A program made the position numbers and the translations under genes. A DNA stretch of 63,386 nucleotides, the filler included, from Basidiobolus ranarum (lineage: Eukaryota): NCBI GenBank assembly GCA_040143965.1. It is 46 parts of 46 records of this genome, joined end to end, with 100 filler letters (N's around TTAATTAATTAA, not from the genome) between each part and the next. Parts side by side here need not be neighbours in the genome. Positions count along the whole stretch, not along the records: positions 23,521 to 24,802 come from JASJQH010005702.1; positions 24,903 to 26,183 come from JASJQH010005703.1; positions 26,284 to 27,564 come from JASJQH010005704.1; positions 27,665 to 28,945 come from JASJQH010005705.1; positions 29,046 to 30,326 come from JASJQH010005706.1; positions 30,427 to 31,706 come from JASJQH010005707.1; positions 31,807 to 33,086 come from JASJQH010005708.1; positions 33,187 to 34,466 come from JASJQH010005709.1; 38 more parts are not named here. One strand, written 5' to 3'. This document shows positions 24,125-35,946 of this stretch, in pieces. Numbering within the stretch: the stretch's first letter is position 1; the number at the start of each line of letters is the position of its first letter. The notes under the pieces were generated by a model, which ran no database searches, had not been told where the DNA came from, and saw nothing but the letters and a program-made list of their open reading frames with translations.

Positions 24125-24802
24125 TGTAGTGGGGTAGCATTGCTACCCACTGGCAGGTTAATTTATTTCTACTCAGAGCTCGTATCATTACTATTGAGCA
24201 ATTTCTACTTTGTTATCCATTTTGACTTACCCATATTTTTTAGCCAATCATATCACACCATTAGTATTTTCCCCTATTATTTCAGATTTCACCCACATCA
24301 GCCCTATTATTTTCTGGTAAATTCTACAATCTTCCAGAACATTCCACAAGATTCTTGGAATATTTGATGATTGATTGAGTTTTGACCAAACAAAACTTGA
24401 TTTTGCTGGAACATTCCATGACTTTCTGGATTATTCTACAACCCTCCAGACATTCCATGAATTACCAACCTTATGATTTATGGTGATATCATAACCCTAG
24501 ATTGTCACCAATAGAATTCTCTTGACTTTCAGGAAATTCTCATTAGTAATCATTTCTACCATCAGAAAAGTATTAATAGGAGCCATATCCTTTCAAATAA
24601 ACATCATCCTGGTTTTTAACTAACAATTACTACTTGTGATCACCCCTTATTTTCATCACCACTTACAAGACCTTTGAAGAGGAAGCTCAATAGAGACTAC
24701 TAGAGGCAGTTACAGGCTACTATGTGACTAGAAAGGACTTGACTGGCTCAAAGGAAGTACTGACAGGTAGGTGTTTTATTTCTGAAACTTTATATTTTTT
24801 TC
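24125..24802 (+). repeat. Gypsy-associated LTR-C (provisional 24125-24714, TGTAG...TTACA) and leader
   Basis: Same sharp 5' start in five copies; downstream leader shares a CAACAGAAAG..GACATTG motif with DNA upstream of gypsy gag (53700-53745). The 3' boundary is not proven. Confidence 0.7.
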
Positions 24803-24902
24803 NNNNNNNNNNNNNNNNNNNNNNNNNNNNNNNNNNNNNNNNNNNNTTAATTAATTAANNNNNNNNNNNNNNNNNNNNNNNNNNNNNNNNNNNNNNNNNN
24901 NN

Positions 24903-26183
24903 ACATTTTGGTGGAAATACAGAAATCTAACACTGCGGATGTGTTCAAGAACATCTGTGGGAGTAAAATGCGCTATCTTTGGGGCAATTTGGATGAGTTT
25001 GAAATTTCCAATATGGAATTGCTTATTCTAACATTATTCATATATATATATATAAAATATATGCTCTGATCTTCAGTTGCATAATATTTGACTAAGTAAT
25101 GTTAACTAACTTATATGTGATATATGAAATAGCTAGGTGTATAATGATTGAGATAACAAATATGATAAAGACAGTAAACCTCAACTTAACCTAAATCTGT
25201 TGAAGGTTTTCTTAACCATATTGCTTCTTTTGTTACTTCACAGGCAGCCATTCATTCAGCTTCTATTGTTGAAAGTGCTATGGTAGGTTGTTTTGTTGTA
25301 TTCCAAGAAATAGTGCCATTATAGCAAAGAAATAAGTATCCAGTTGTAGAACTCCTGTCTTCAATATCTGTTCCCGAAATTGCACCAGAGAATCCCATCA
25401 GATCAAAGTTTGATCCATAATAAGTGTATTTTAAGCCCAGATCCATAGTTCCATTCAAATATCTGAAGATTTGTTCAACTCCTATGAGTTGATCGAATTC
25501 ATAATTTTGAAGATACTGGCATATAACTCCCACAGAATATGCACTAACTGGCCATGTTGTAACCATCATATACATTAAACTCATAGCCATTGATTGATAA
25601 CAAAATTGCTGGCTTTCATTTGAATGCAAAAACACCTGATTTGATCCAGATTTGGTCAAGTTAAGATTTGTCTCCATTGGGATATAAACTGGATCACATT
25701 CTTTGTTTTAAACTTCTTTCTATATCTAGGATATACTTAGACTGGCTTAAAGTTATTGTTTTGGTAGTTCTATCTATCTTAATTTGGATTCCAAGATAGT
25801 ACATGAGTTCATCAAGATTAGTAAATTTGAATTTGGTGTATAAGCTGTATTTGGTTTTCTCTCAAGTCTTCATGTCAATGGTTACTATAATGCACTCATC
25901 TACATATAAGGCTAATAAGGCCATTTGTCTCATCTGCCCTGGAGAAGATTCTATAGTTGGCATTACTCTATTGGAATTGTAGTGTTTCCAAAAAAGTGAC
26001 TAACTTGCTTTTCCAAGCCCTTGGAGATTCTGTAACAGAAATTTGAGGATTGTTATTGTAGGAAAACCGTCATAATTTTAATCCATTTGGGATTGACCAT
26101 TTACTTACTGTCATAAAATTGTCAATCTAGATTTGATTTTAATAAATATTTCAGCTTCAGGAGTGAAATTTCAAGATCTTGCA
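24903..26183. mobile_element. LTR-A (-), copia RT-RNase H remnant (-), CACTA left end (from about 26031)
   Basis: LSTIEAE and YVDECII remnants; TAACAGAAATTTGAGG end. Confidence 0.8.
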
Positions 26184-26283
26184 NNNNNNNNNNNNNNNNN
26201 NNNNNNNNNNNNNNNNNNNNNNNNNNNTTAATTAATTAANNNNNNNNNNNNNNNNNNNNNNNNNNNNNNNNNNNNNNNNNNNN

Positions 26284-27037
26284 TTTAATGTCTTCTCCTG
26301 GCTTCATCTTTAAGTTAAAGAATTGTCTTCTTAGACACATCTTGTTGGCAGCAGAACTTGTTTGGTAGGTGTCTTCCAAGGCTTTCCATACCTTTTTGGC
26401 AGTTTTATCTCTTGAACATTGAATTAGCAATTTGTCTTTAACATTCAGACAAATTGTGTGAAAGACACTTTGTTCTTTTCTAATCTGGAGTAAAACTTTG
26501 GTTTCAGATAGTTTTGCATTGTTTTCTTCTCCTATAACAGTGTCTCAAAGTACTTTTTCTTGCAGCAGCATTTTCATTTTAATATTACAAGCTTGTTAAT
26601 TGGTTCCATCCAATTTTTCAGAAGAGGGAAAAGTTCAATAAATTTGAGAAGTAGACATTACAGAGAGTGCAAGCTTGGGGCTCTTGATCTTTTAAAGTAT
26701 TTGGGAGCCAGCTGGAAGTGGTTTGGAGAAATAGAGGAGTGGGTAGTTTTCACTTATTGATGTATTGAGTAGAAAGTTGACATTTATAGTTTTGTCAAGA
26801 TGTAAGCAGACTAACATGTAGAATGTGTTAAGGAAGGTCCCAGGAACATGTGTACAAAATTTGGGGCCTCTAGCACAAGTTTGAAAAATCTATATATCTG
26901 AGAACTTACAAGTTAGTAAAAATATTCTAAGTAAATTCCAAGTGAGAGTAATTGATAATATCTTACTTAAATATGAGATAACTAAGGACTAAGTTATATA
27001 TGACTATATAGGTGTTTAGACAATGCTAACTTCAATG
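26284..27037 (-). mobile_element. Copia-B LTR and gag remnant inserted in CACTA ORF2
   Basis: Reverse match to 17239-17891. Confidence 0.8.
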
Positions 27038-27564
27038 TCAACATGCCGCAAACTAATGCAAGTAATGATCAAGCATTGACCAATTTACCAGATGAGTTCC
27101 TTTCCAGCAATAGTGCAAGTGAAGAGATTATAATCCCCAATTATGTAGTAAAGCAATAGATGAGCAAAGTTTAACCAAAACACTGTCAAGACCATCAACT
27201 TTTGAGATGGCTACTTTGCCCACTATTAAACAACCCTCTATAGAAAATTTGGACAGAGTCATTACAACAAGGGAATTGTAGGCAGAACACCATAATGATT
27301 TGTATGAAATCGTAAGTAAAACTGCAAAGTTGCCATACAGGTCATGACAAGCAATAATGTTGCCATATTGCAATTGATGCCATGTTCTGAAGAACTTGTC
27401 AACAGTTAAAGAGTCAGTCAACAATGACACAAGACCTTTGGAATGCTGTACTTGTGCTACAGCAACATGCTGCTCCCTCTGTCCATTCTCATATGGGATT
27501 TCAATCAATCCCATACCATACATATGAACATCACCATGACAATCTAGTAGAGCAGAATATGTGT
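27038..27564 (+). pseudogene. CACTA ORF2 fragment
   Basis: Collinear with about 59985-60495. Confidence 0.7.
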
Positions 27565-27664
27565 NNNNNNNNNNNNNNNNNNNNNNNNNNNNNNNNNNNN
27601 NNNNNNNNTTAATTAATTAANNNNNNNNNNNNNNNNNNNNNNNNNNNNNNNNNNNNNNNNNNNN

Positions 27665-28286
27665 CCAGGCTTTGACAGATTTGCAAGGAAACATCATTTG
27701 GTTTAGTGGGCCACATCCAGGGAGACACCATGACAAAAGGCTTTGGGTTGAGAGGCATGCACCATTTGTAAGATATGAGAAGACTGTAGCTGATTTGGCA
27801 TATGTTGGTGGAGAATGTAGAAGACTAGGATGTGGCACTGCTAACAAGAGGCCCAGAGGAGAGATACTCACAGAGTGGCAAAAGCTTTATATTGACATTT
27901 TTTCCCCTTTTAGAGCAAGGGTAGAACATAGCTTTGGTTTCCTAAAGAGATATAGCATTGTAGCAGGAAAGTATAGAGGAAAATCATTTTGTGGGTCTCA
28001 ATCAAAGTTAGGCAAAGTATTCAAAATCTTGATTGATTCTCAATACATTCATACTCAAAGATAGCCATTGAGAGCTCTAGACTTAAGACACTATGAATAA
28101 AGCTTTCATCATCTTTCAAATGTGCAATAATGTTTAAAAGTACTTTTCTTAAATATACCACATAAGTAAAATAAATTGTTACCAAAAAGGTAAATAACAT
28201 TGTGCTGCATAGTGCCTAATCATGCCAATTTGCACTGGCACACTTCTTAGCTAGCCTGATCTGGCTCAATAGAATGGAACAAGTCA
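27665..28286 (+). mobile_element. IS5/ISL2-like (DDE_Tnp_4-type) transposase C-terminal half (stop at 28064) and right TIR
   Basis: Q..D..G.I..G..HD, ADLAY.G, KRPRG..LT, RARVEHSFGFLKRY.I catalytic pattern; end shared with three other copies. Confidence 0.85.
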
Positions 28287-28945
28287 AATAAGTCAATAAC
28301 CTTTGGATTAATGCCTGTCATTAGTTTCTCTACAATTGGCTCAAATCAAGGTAACTTTGGGCAAGAGTTCACACAGTTACCAAAATGTTAAACCATTCAT
28401 CATTAGAGCAAGCAGCAGCAGCTTAGATATTCAGAGTCTTTTGGTTTGCTGGTTTGCCTGCAAGACTTTCATGTGCCCAAGCAATTGTGAGTTATTTTGT
28501 AGGCGTACTGGTCCAACACATTTTCTGCTCAGCTTGCCTGGTTGTGTTCACATGAATGGTGTGGGAGTGATTGAAATCTCATATGAGAATAGAAGGAGGG
28601 AGCAGCATGTTGCTGTTGCTCACATCCAGCATTGTGAAGATCTTGTAGCATTGTTGAGAGACACTCTAACTGTTGACTAGTTGCTTCCTTACACTGCATT
28701 AATTGCAATATTGTGGCATTATTGCTTGTCATGGCATGTTAGCAACTTTATAGTTTTCAATTATGATTGCATACATATCATTATGGTGTTCTGCCTGCAA
28801 CTCCCTTGTTGTAATAATTTTATTCAAATTTTCTATGAGGGTCATTCAATAGTGGGCAAAGTAGCCATTTTGGAAGTTGATGGTCTTGATAGTGTTTTTG
28901 TTGAACTTTGCTCAACTATTGATTTACTATATAATTGGGGGATTT
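28287..28945 (-). pseudogene. CACTA ORF2 fragment (target of the IS5-like insertion)
   Basis: Collinear with about 62263-62932. Confidence 0.75.
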
Positions 28946-29399
28946 NNNNNNNNNNNNNNNNNNNNNNNNNNNNNNNNNNNNNNNNNNNNTTAATTAATTA
29001 ANNNNNNNNNNNNNNNNNNNNNNNNNNNNNNNNNNNNNNNNNNNNCAATGAAAAATATGGTAATCAGAAAAAGGATATTTTTCCAGCCAATCAGGAATCA
29101 GGAAATTGGGCTCAGAAACAAGGCAATAATTTTCTGACCAATCATATACCTAAGAAATATCCTACTCTCAATTTGGCTGATATTGGATGCAATCAATTAT
29201 TGGAAGTATGCAATCAATCACAACAAGTATTCAATCAATCACAAAATTCAGGCAATCAGGTCTCAGACATCCTACCAAGTGGAAATCAGAAACATCCTGT
29301 AAGTGAAACATCTGACCATTCTACCAAGGTCTTTGGATGTGTAAAATCAGAGCACAAAATCAACAGTTTCAATTCAGAAAAAGGGTGGAATATATCTGC

Positions 29400-30326
29400 T
29401 CATATAGCATCTTCTAAACCAGAAAATTTTACACAATCTCTGAAATGTGATGAAGCGACAAAATGGAGAAAAGCCACTGATGATGAAATTCACTCCCTAA
29501 ACAAGAATAAACATGTATCCTTGTGGACTTACCTGCTGGAAGAAAAACTATTGGTAATAGATGGGTGCCGAAACTGAAACTTAACTCAGATGGATATATC
29601 AACCAGTACAAAGCAAGATTAGTAGTAAAAGGCTATGCTCAGAAAAATGGCATTGACTTTGATGAAACATTTTCTCACATTGCTAAGTTTACCTCAATCA
29701 GAGTAATCCTAGCCATTGCTACCCACCAAGGAATGCTGATTGAACAAATGGATGTCAAGTCAGCATTTCTTAATGAAGAAATTGATAAAGCTATATACAT
29801 GGATCAACCAGAGGGAAATATTGCAAAAGGAAAAGAACATCAAGTATGCCAACTACAGAGATGTCCATATGGTCTGAAACAGGCTCCTTGTGCATGGAAT
29901 ACCAAAATCAATCAGATCTTGATGAAACATGTGTTCCATCATAGCAAAGCTGATCACTGCATATACTTTAAGACTATCAAAGCCACCAAGGTGATAATTG
30001 CTCTCTATATTGATGATATTATAACAGTTAGTAATTGCTCAAATCTGATGAAACAAACTAAGACCTGGCTATCTACCAAGTTTGAAATGCAAGATCTTGG
30101 TTCACTAGCATATTGTCTTGGAATGCAGATACATCAGAATTTGCCTATTGGAACACTCTGTATTACACAAGAAAAATATATTGGAGATGTTTTAAACAAA
30201 TTCAATATGTCAGAAAGTAAAACAGCTCAAATCCACTATGTATACCAAAACTCACTAAGAATATGGAAGCAAAGACCTCTCAAGATATTGAAGTCTTGAA
30301 GCATATTCTGTACCGTAGTGCAGTTG
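29400..30326 (+). pseudogene. Copia-E reverse transcriptase
   Basis: YKARLVVKGY.Q, QMDVKSAFLN, YGLKQAP, LYIDDII; same family as 49730-50982. Confidence 0.92.
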
Positions 30327-30426
30327 NNNNNNNNNNNNNNNNNNNNNNNNNNNNNNNNNNNNNNNNNNNNTTAATTAATTAANNNNNNNNNNNNNNNNNN
30401 NNNNNNNNNNNNNNNNNNNNNNNNNN

Positions 30427-31706
30427 AGTTAAGATTTGTCTCCATTGGGGTAGATACTGGATTACATTCTTCCATTTTAAACTTCTTTAGTATATCTAGG
30501 ATATACTTAGACTGGTTTAAAGTTATTGTGTTGGTAGGTCTATTTATCTGAATTTGGATTCCATGATAGTATGTCAGTTCAAGATCAGTCATTTTGAATT
30601 TGGCAGATAAGCTGGATTTGGTTTTCTCCAAAGTCTTCAAGTCATTGGCTGCTATAATAAGAATATCTACATAAAAGGCTAAGAAAACTGGGTTTATCTT
30701 ATCTGGCCTGAAGTTGATACTATAGTCAGCATTACTCTTTAGGAATTTGAGTGTTACCAAAAAGCATCTATCTTGCTACTCCAAGCTCTTGAAGATTGTT
30801 TTAAGCCATAGAGTGTTTTCCGGTATCTGCAAACTTTTTTAGGGGTTTCTGGGTCCACAAATCCATCTAGCTGGTCCATATAGATCTCCTCAGCAAGCGT
30901 ACCATTCAAAAAAGCAGCTTTAACATCCATTTGATGTATAATAAACTGATATTTAGCTGAAATTGCTAAAAACAATCTAATTGAATTAAACTTTGCTACA
31001 GGAGCAAAAGTTTCAGTATAATCTATTCCTGGTGTTTAGGAATAGCCTTTGGCTACTAGTCTAGCCTTGCACCTTTCTATATTGCCATCAGAGTTGTATT
31101 TAACTCTGAACACCCATTGGCAGCCAATCAATTTTCTATCATCAGATAAGTTGGTTAAAATCCAAGTTTGATTATCAAACAAAGCCTGGTACTCATCAGC
31201 CATTGCAGATCCCCAAAATTCTATGTGAGGGCCATTCAGGGCCTCCTTTACAGTCTGGGGTTCTTGTATTCAAGCTGTGCAGGCATAGGCCCAATTTTGG
31301 GACTCTTTGATATAGTAATTGGGGCTATTTCTGATCCGATTTTATCTCCCGGTTTGGGATAAAGGTACTACAACTTCTGGCATTGTATTGGGCACTTCAG
31401 TAGGCAAGATTTGGGTTGAAGGGTCCACAGGAATGCTATTTTCTTCATTGTTTTGGTTTGAATCAATTTGAATGAGTGGATCAGGAGAAAATTGATTTTT
31501 GTCATCATCTGAGGTCATTTGGGTGAAAAATATTCAATTTCATTAAACAAAACATCCCTGGACTTGATTAACTTGGATATTTCAGTATCATAGAGTCTGT
31601 GGGCCTTGGTCTGAGTGCAATAACCCAGAAATATGCATTTCTTACTTTTTGGATCAAATTTAGACCAATTTTGGTCATAATTTTGACATAAGCAATGCAT
31701 CCATAC
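30427..31706 (-). pseudogene. Copia integrase tail and RT, frameshifted
   Basis: KCIFLGY, HQMDVKAAFLNG, YGLKQSSRAW, YVDIL. Confidence 0.9.
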
Positions 31707-31806
31707 NNNNNNNNNNNNNNNNNNNNNNNNNNNNNNNNNNNNNNNNNNNNTTAATTAATTAANNNNNNNNNNNNNNNNNNNNNNNNNNNNNNNNNNNNNN
31801 NNNNNN

Positions 31807-31886
31807 AATTGACAGATGGCACCAGATGGTGTACTAGCAGGCTGGATCAAGCGGCACAATCTGACCTGGTCCAATGGAACAAGTCT
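31807..31886 (-). mobile_element. Probable left end of the IS5/ISL2-like element
   Basis: Ends AATGGAACAAGTCT, the same 14-bp TIR, but with a different subterminal sequence; abuts copia pre-integrase. Confidence 0.7.
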
Positions 31887-33086
31887 ATTGAAAAAATCAC
31901 AGACAGCTGTTTTCAAGCTATGGAGAGATCATGTCCACTCCAAAATTTGCCCAGACTCATTCTGACATATGTGGCCCCATAAAATATGTTTCAATTGGTG
32001 GCAACAGGTACTTTATTACCTTTATAGAAGACAAAACCAGATATTTGTAGGTATTCTTTCTAAAATCAAAGTCTCAAGCCTTAACTACAATAAAGCCTTA
32101 CAAAGCAATGGTAGACAGAGAGTCTGCACAAAGAATAAGGGTACTAATGAGTAATAAGTGTGGAAAAACTGCTCTAATGACTTGTCTAGGTTTTGTTACA
32201 AACATGTAATTCTGCATCAAACTACTGTACCTTATGCTTTGCAGTAAAATCGAGTTGCAGAACATGCTGATAGGACCATCATAGAGATGGCAAGATCAAT
32301 GGTACATGATCAAAATGCTTATGCAGCAATCTTTGATATGCCACAGATTCTAGATGTGTCCATAATTAATAATACCAGGAAAAGCAATGTCTGATGCATT
32401 TTCTTCACTTCAGGACAATAAAACATAGGTTTTGAGTCCTCTATCATCAGGAAGAAAGCCAATACCTTGCAAATGTGTCTACAAAGTCAAAAACTAAGCG
32501 GATAAACCATGGAATGATTCAAAGCAGGACTAGTTGCAAAAGGTTATTACTCAACTCCATGGGTTGGAATACTACTCTCACCCTAGCCAAAAGGAGCCTA
32601 GTGCTAATTTAGACTTTGCTGATGAATCCAAATCAGTACAGGAGGCTATGAAGTGTCCCAACACATAGTTTTGGAGTGCTGCAATAGCTGAGGAGTATAG
32701 GTCACTCATAGATAACCAAACTTGGACTTTGGTTAAGTTACCTGATGATCAAAAATTAATTGGATGCAAATGGGTGTTTAAAGTTAAACAGCAAGCTGAT
32801 GGATCTGTAGAAAGATATAAAGCCACACTTATGCCTAAAGGATACTCTCAAATGGAAGGAGTGGACTACAATGAAACATTTGCTCCTGTGGCAAAGTTTA
32901 ATTACCCTAACAGAAATTTGAGGATTGTTATTGTAGGAAAACTGTCACAATTTTAATCCATTTGGGGCTGACCGTTTACTTACCATCATAAAAATCTCAA
33001 GTTAGATTTGATTTTAATCAATTTTTTCAGTATCAGGAGTGAAATTTCAAGATCTTGCAAAGTAGTTGCAAAAGATTGGCTAAAAT
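31887..33086 (+). mobile_element. Patchwork of copia integrase/RT remnants interrupted by a CACTA left end at 32905
   Basis: HSDICGP, IGCKWVFK, ETFAPVAK, then CCCTAACAGAAAT. Confidence 0.85.
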
Positions 33087-33284
33087 NNNNNNNNNNNNNN
33101 NNNNNNNNNNNNNNNNNNNNNNNNNNNNNNTTAATTAATTAANNNNNNNNNNNNNNNNNNNNNNNNNNNNNNNNNNNNNNNNNNNNTAATTCAGGGTATT
33201 GTCATTTCTATCAAATTAATTCAGGGCATTTTCATTTCTAGCAAAAGGAACTATATCAAAATCTATAGTCTAAGAATCAGTTGC

Positions 33285-33839
33285 TTAATATTTGTTATAG
33301 TCATCATTTCCATGACCACCACCATGACCGCTGCCATATTTTTTACCATTACCATCGTAATTATCATCATCATAACCATCGCCACCACCGCCGCCATATT
33401 TCTTTCCTTTTCCGCCTCCACGATGATAGTCATCACCGTCATATTCATCATCATAATCACTGCCACCACCACCACCATATCTCTTGCCTCCTCCTCTTCC
33501 ATGCTTGTAATTACCTCCATCACCATTGCCATCGTATTCATCATCGTCATAGTCATCACCACCACCACCGTATTTCTTTCCTTTTCTATGACCATCATAT
33601 TTATCATCGTCATAGTCGCCATCACCATCGTACCCTTTTCCCTTGCCATGACCGTCACCGTCGTATTCTTCATAATCACCGTGACCACCACCACCTCCGT
33701 ATTTCCTGGTTCTTCCACCACCGTCACCACCATATCTTACTCCCTTGTAACTAGGATCATATGAGCGTTCGAGCACATTAGCACCGATAGCTAGAACAGC
33801 AGAAAGGACAATTAGTAGTTGAGAGGTTGAGTATTTCAT
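33285..33839 (-). CDS. Secreted Gly/Tyr/Asp/Lys-rich block-repeat protein (184 aa, complete, intronless)
   Basis: Signal-peptide-like MKYSTSQLLIVLSAVLAIGA; TATAAA at 33880-33885; repeating KKY-GGGG-DYDDD units. Confidence 0.88.
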   Translation of the reverse strand: MKYSTSQLLIVLSAVLAIGANVLERSYDPSYKGVRYGGDGGGRTRKYGGGGGHGDYEEYDGDGHGKGKGYDGDGDYDDDKYDGHRKGKKYGGGGDDYDDDEYDGNGDGGNYKHGRGGGKRYGGGGGSDYDDEYDGDDYHRGGGKGKKYGGGGGDGYDDDNYDGNGKKYGSGHGGGHGNDDYNKY

Positions 33840-34566
33840 TGTCAAGATAAGTTATTGAGTTACTGATGTTGTGGTGCTATTTATACTCCTTGGAGAGCTG
33901 TTTACCCCACGGCGCTGAAATGCAGAACACTGCATATTGAAAGAGTAAAGATATGTCTGAGTTGATGAACCTCCTTCAAGGCTGCTTCTCCTATATCGAG
34001 TCGTCAATACTGAAGTGCAAGCACGCCTGAACACTCGTGGATAGAGTAACAGTTCATAGAGTAACAATTAGTTTGATTAGATTGCTCTATACCGACCCTA
34101 TGCTAGTGGTACATGTGTTCTTCCATGCTGATCGCATGTGGTATGCGCTACAGTGACAAACACCGATCCGAGCAGATTTTAGTACAAATAGAATATAGAT
34201 TTAGATATTGGCAGCTCCCATGTTACAAGCATTCTATGTTTGGTTGGGAATCAAACAAGATTATTTGATTGCATCTGATCATGTAGTTGTTTACCGAAAT
34301 GAGATTGGGAATTAAAGTTAAATCACACACTAGTTTTGAGAGATGTAGACTAATTTTAATAGATGTTGACTAATGAGCGCATATCAGTTGAAGAATTAAG
34401 AAATAAGGATTTATCTTGAGTGAAAAGATGAGCTTTAATGTCCACTTTACGAGTGAAAAGATGAGCNNNNNNNNNNNNNNNNNNNNNNNNNNNNNNNNNN
34501 NNNNNNNNNNTTAATTAATTAANNNNNNNNNNNNNNNNNNNNNNNNNNNNNNNNNNNNNNNNNNNN

Positions 34567-35486
34567 TCCAACGCTGTGACCAAGTTTGAATACTGTTCTG
34601 GTAGACTACTTAGAAGAGTCATAATTACATCTTTTTCCTGTAAAGTTGCACCAATATTTTTCCAGTTGTTTTGCCAAAGAACTCACATTTGCCATATGAG
34701 TAACCATGCTTTCAGACTTTGCTATCTTTATATTGAAGAATTTTTTTCTGAGAAAGCGTGTATTAGCAAGACTCTTTGCTTCACAACACTCTTTGAATAT
34801 AGTACAAGCTTGATGGCAAGTCTTTGCATATTGAATATTTACAAGTTATGAATCTTACAAACTTTGACAAATAACATTAAAGTCCTTCTTGTATCTTTTC
34901 TTGTAAGCTTCCAATAAAGAAGGGTAAGAAGGTTTCTTTTCATTTCCAGAGACTACATCCCAAAGCTCCCTGTCTTTCAGCATGATTTTCATCTTAAACT
35001 TCCATAAATTGTAATTTTCTTCTTTAAGCTTTTCAACACTTGAGTTGATGAAAGTGGTAGTTGTGGTTTCTGTCATGCTGTAAAGGTTAGAACATGTGGC
35101 TCATAACCTATTGGGAAAATACCGGCTGTTTGGAGGAACTTTAGAAAAGTGGCATTGTGAGTAGGTTTGTGAGATAATTATTTATTGTCCAGAAATTAGA
35201 TATTTAGACATTTTGGTGGAAATACAGAAAACTGACACTGGGGTTGTGTTCAGAGCATCTGTGGGAGTAAGAAGAGCTATTTTGGGGGCAATTTGTTCCA
35301 GTTTGAAATTTCCAATATGGAATTGCTAATTCTCACATTATTGACATATACATATTATATATGTCCTGATTTGCGGTTAAGTGATATTTGACTAAGTCAT
35401 CTAAACTAACCTAAATGTGATTTATGAGGTAGTAAGGTGCATAAAGATAGAGATAACAAATATGATGAAGAGAATAAACTTCAACA
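34567..35486 (-). mobile_element. Copia-A 5' LTR (35109-35486), PBS and degraded gag, inserted upstream of CACTA ORF2
   Basis: Collinear with 11180-12097; flank 35487-35846 matches about 59726-60087. Confidence 0.9.
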
Positions 35487-35946
35487 GATGAGGCATCAGG
35501 GGATTTAGAAGATATTTCCAGTAATGGATAGCAATTTTGGCTCATTATAAGCTGTTTCTAAGCAATTGCGTTACACCAAGTTTACCATCTGAAAATTTCA
35601 ATGCCATTCAAAAAGCATTCAAAATCAAAATCAAAATTGGCTTCCAAGCAAAAGCCTGCTGGCACATAAGGACAAAAACCAGCAAGAGCAGAGGACTTAA
35701 TTGATGAGCAGTCTAGCAATCCACTATCCACTTTGGAAGGCATTAACATGCTGGAAATAACTCAAGTAATGATGAAGCATTAATCAATTTACCAGAGGTG
35801 TTCCTTTCCAGCAATAGTGCAAGTGAAGAGATTGTTATCCCCAATTNNNNNNNNNNNNNNNNNNNNNNNNNNNNNNNNNNNNNNNNNNNNTTAATTAATT
35901 AANNNNNNNNNNNNNNNNNNNNNNNNNNNNNNNNNNNNNNNNNNNN

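Noticed and set aside
33187-33245. 30-bp tandem duplication (also 33-bp period at 34418-34466 and 16-bp at 19545-19576)
   Set aside because: Two-copy local duplications, two of them at contig edges; no spacers or structure implying function.
33263-33764. His-rich, Thr/Ile-rich and Val/Met-rich overlapping ORFs
   Set aside because: Alternative-frame shadows of the low-complexity gene 33285-33839, which alone has an ATG, signal peptide and TATA box.
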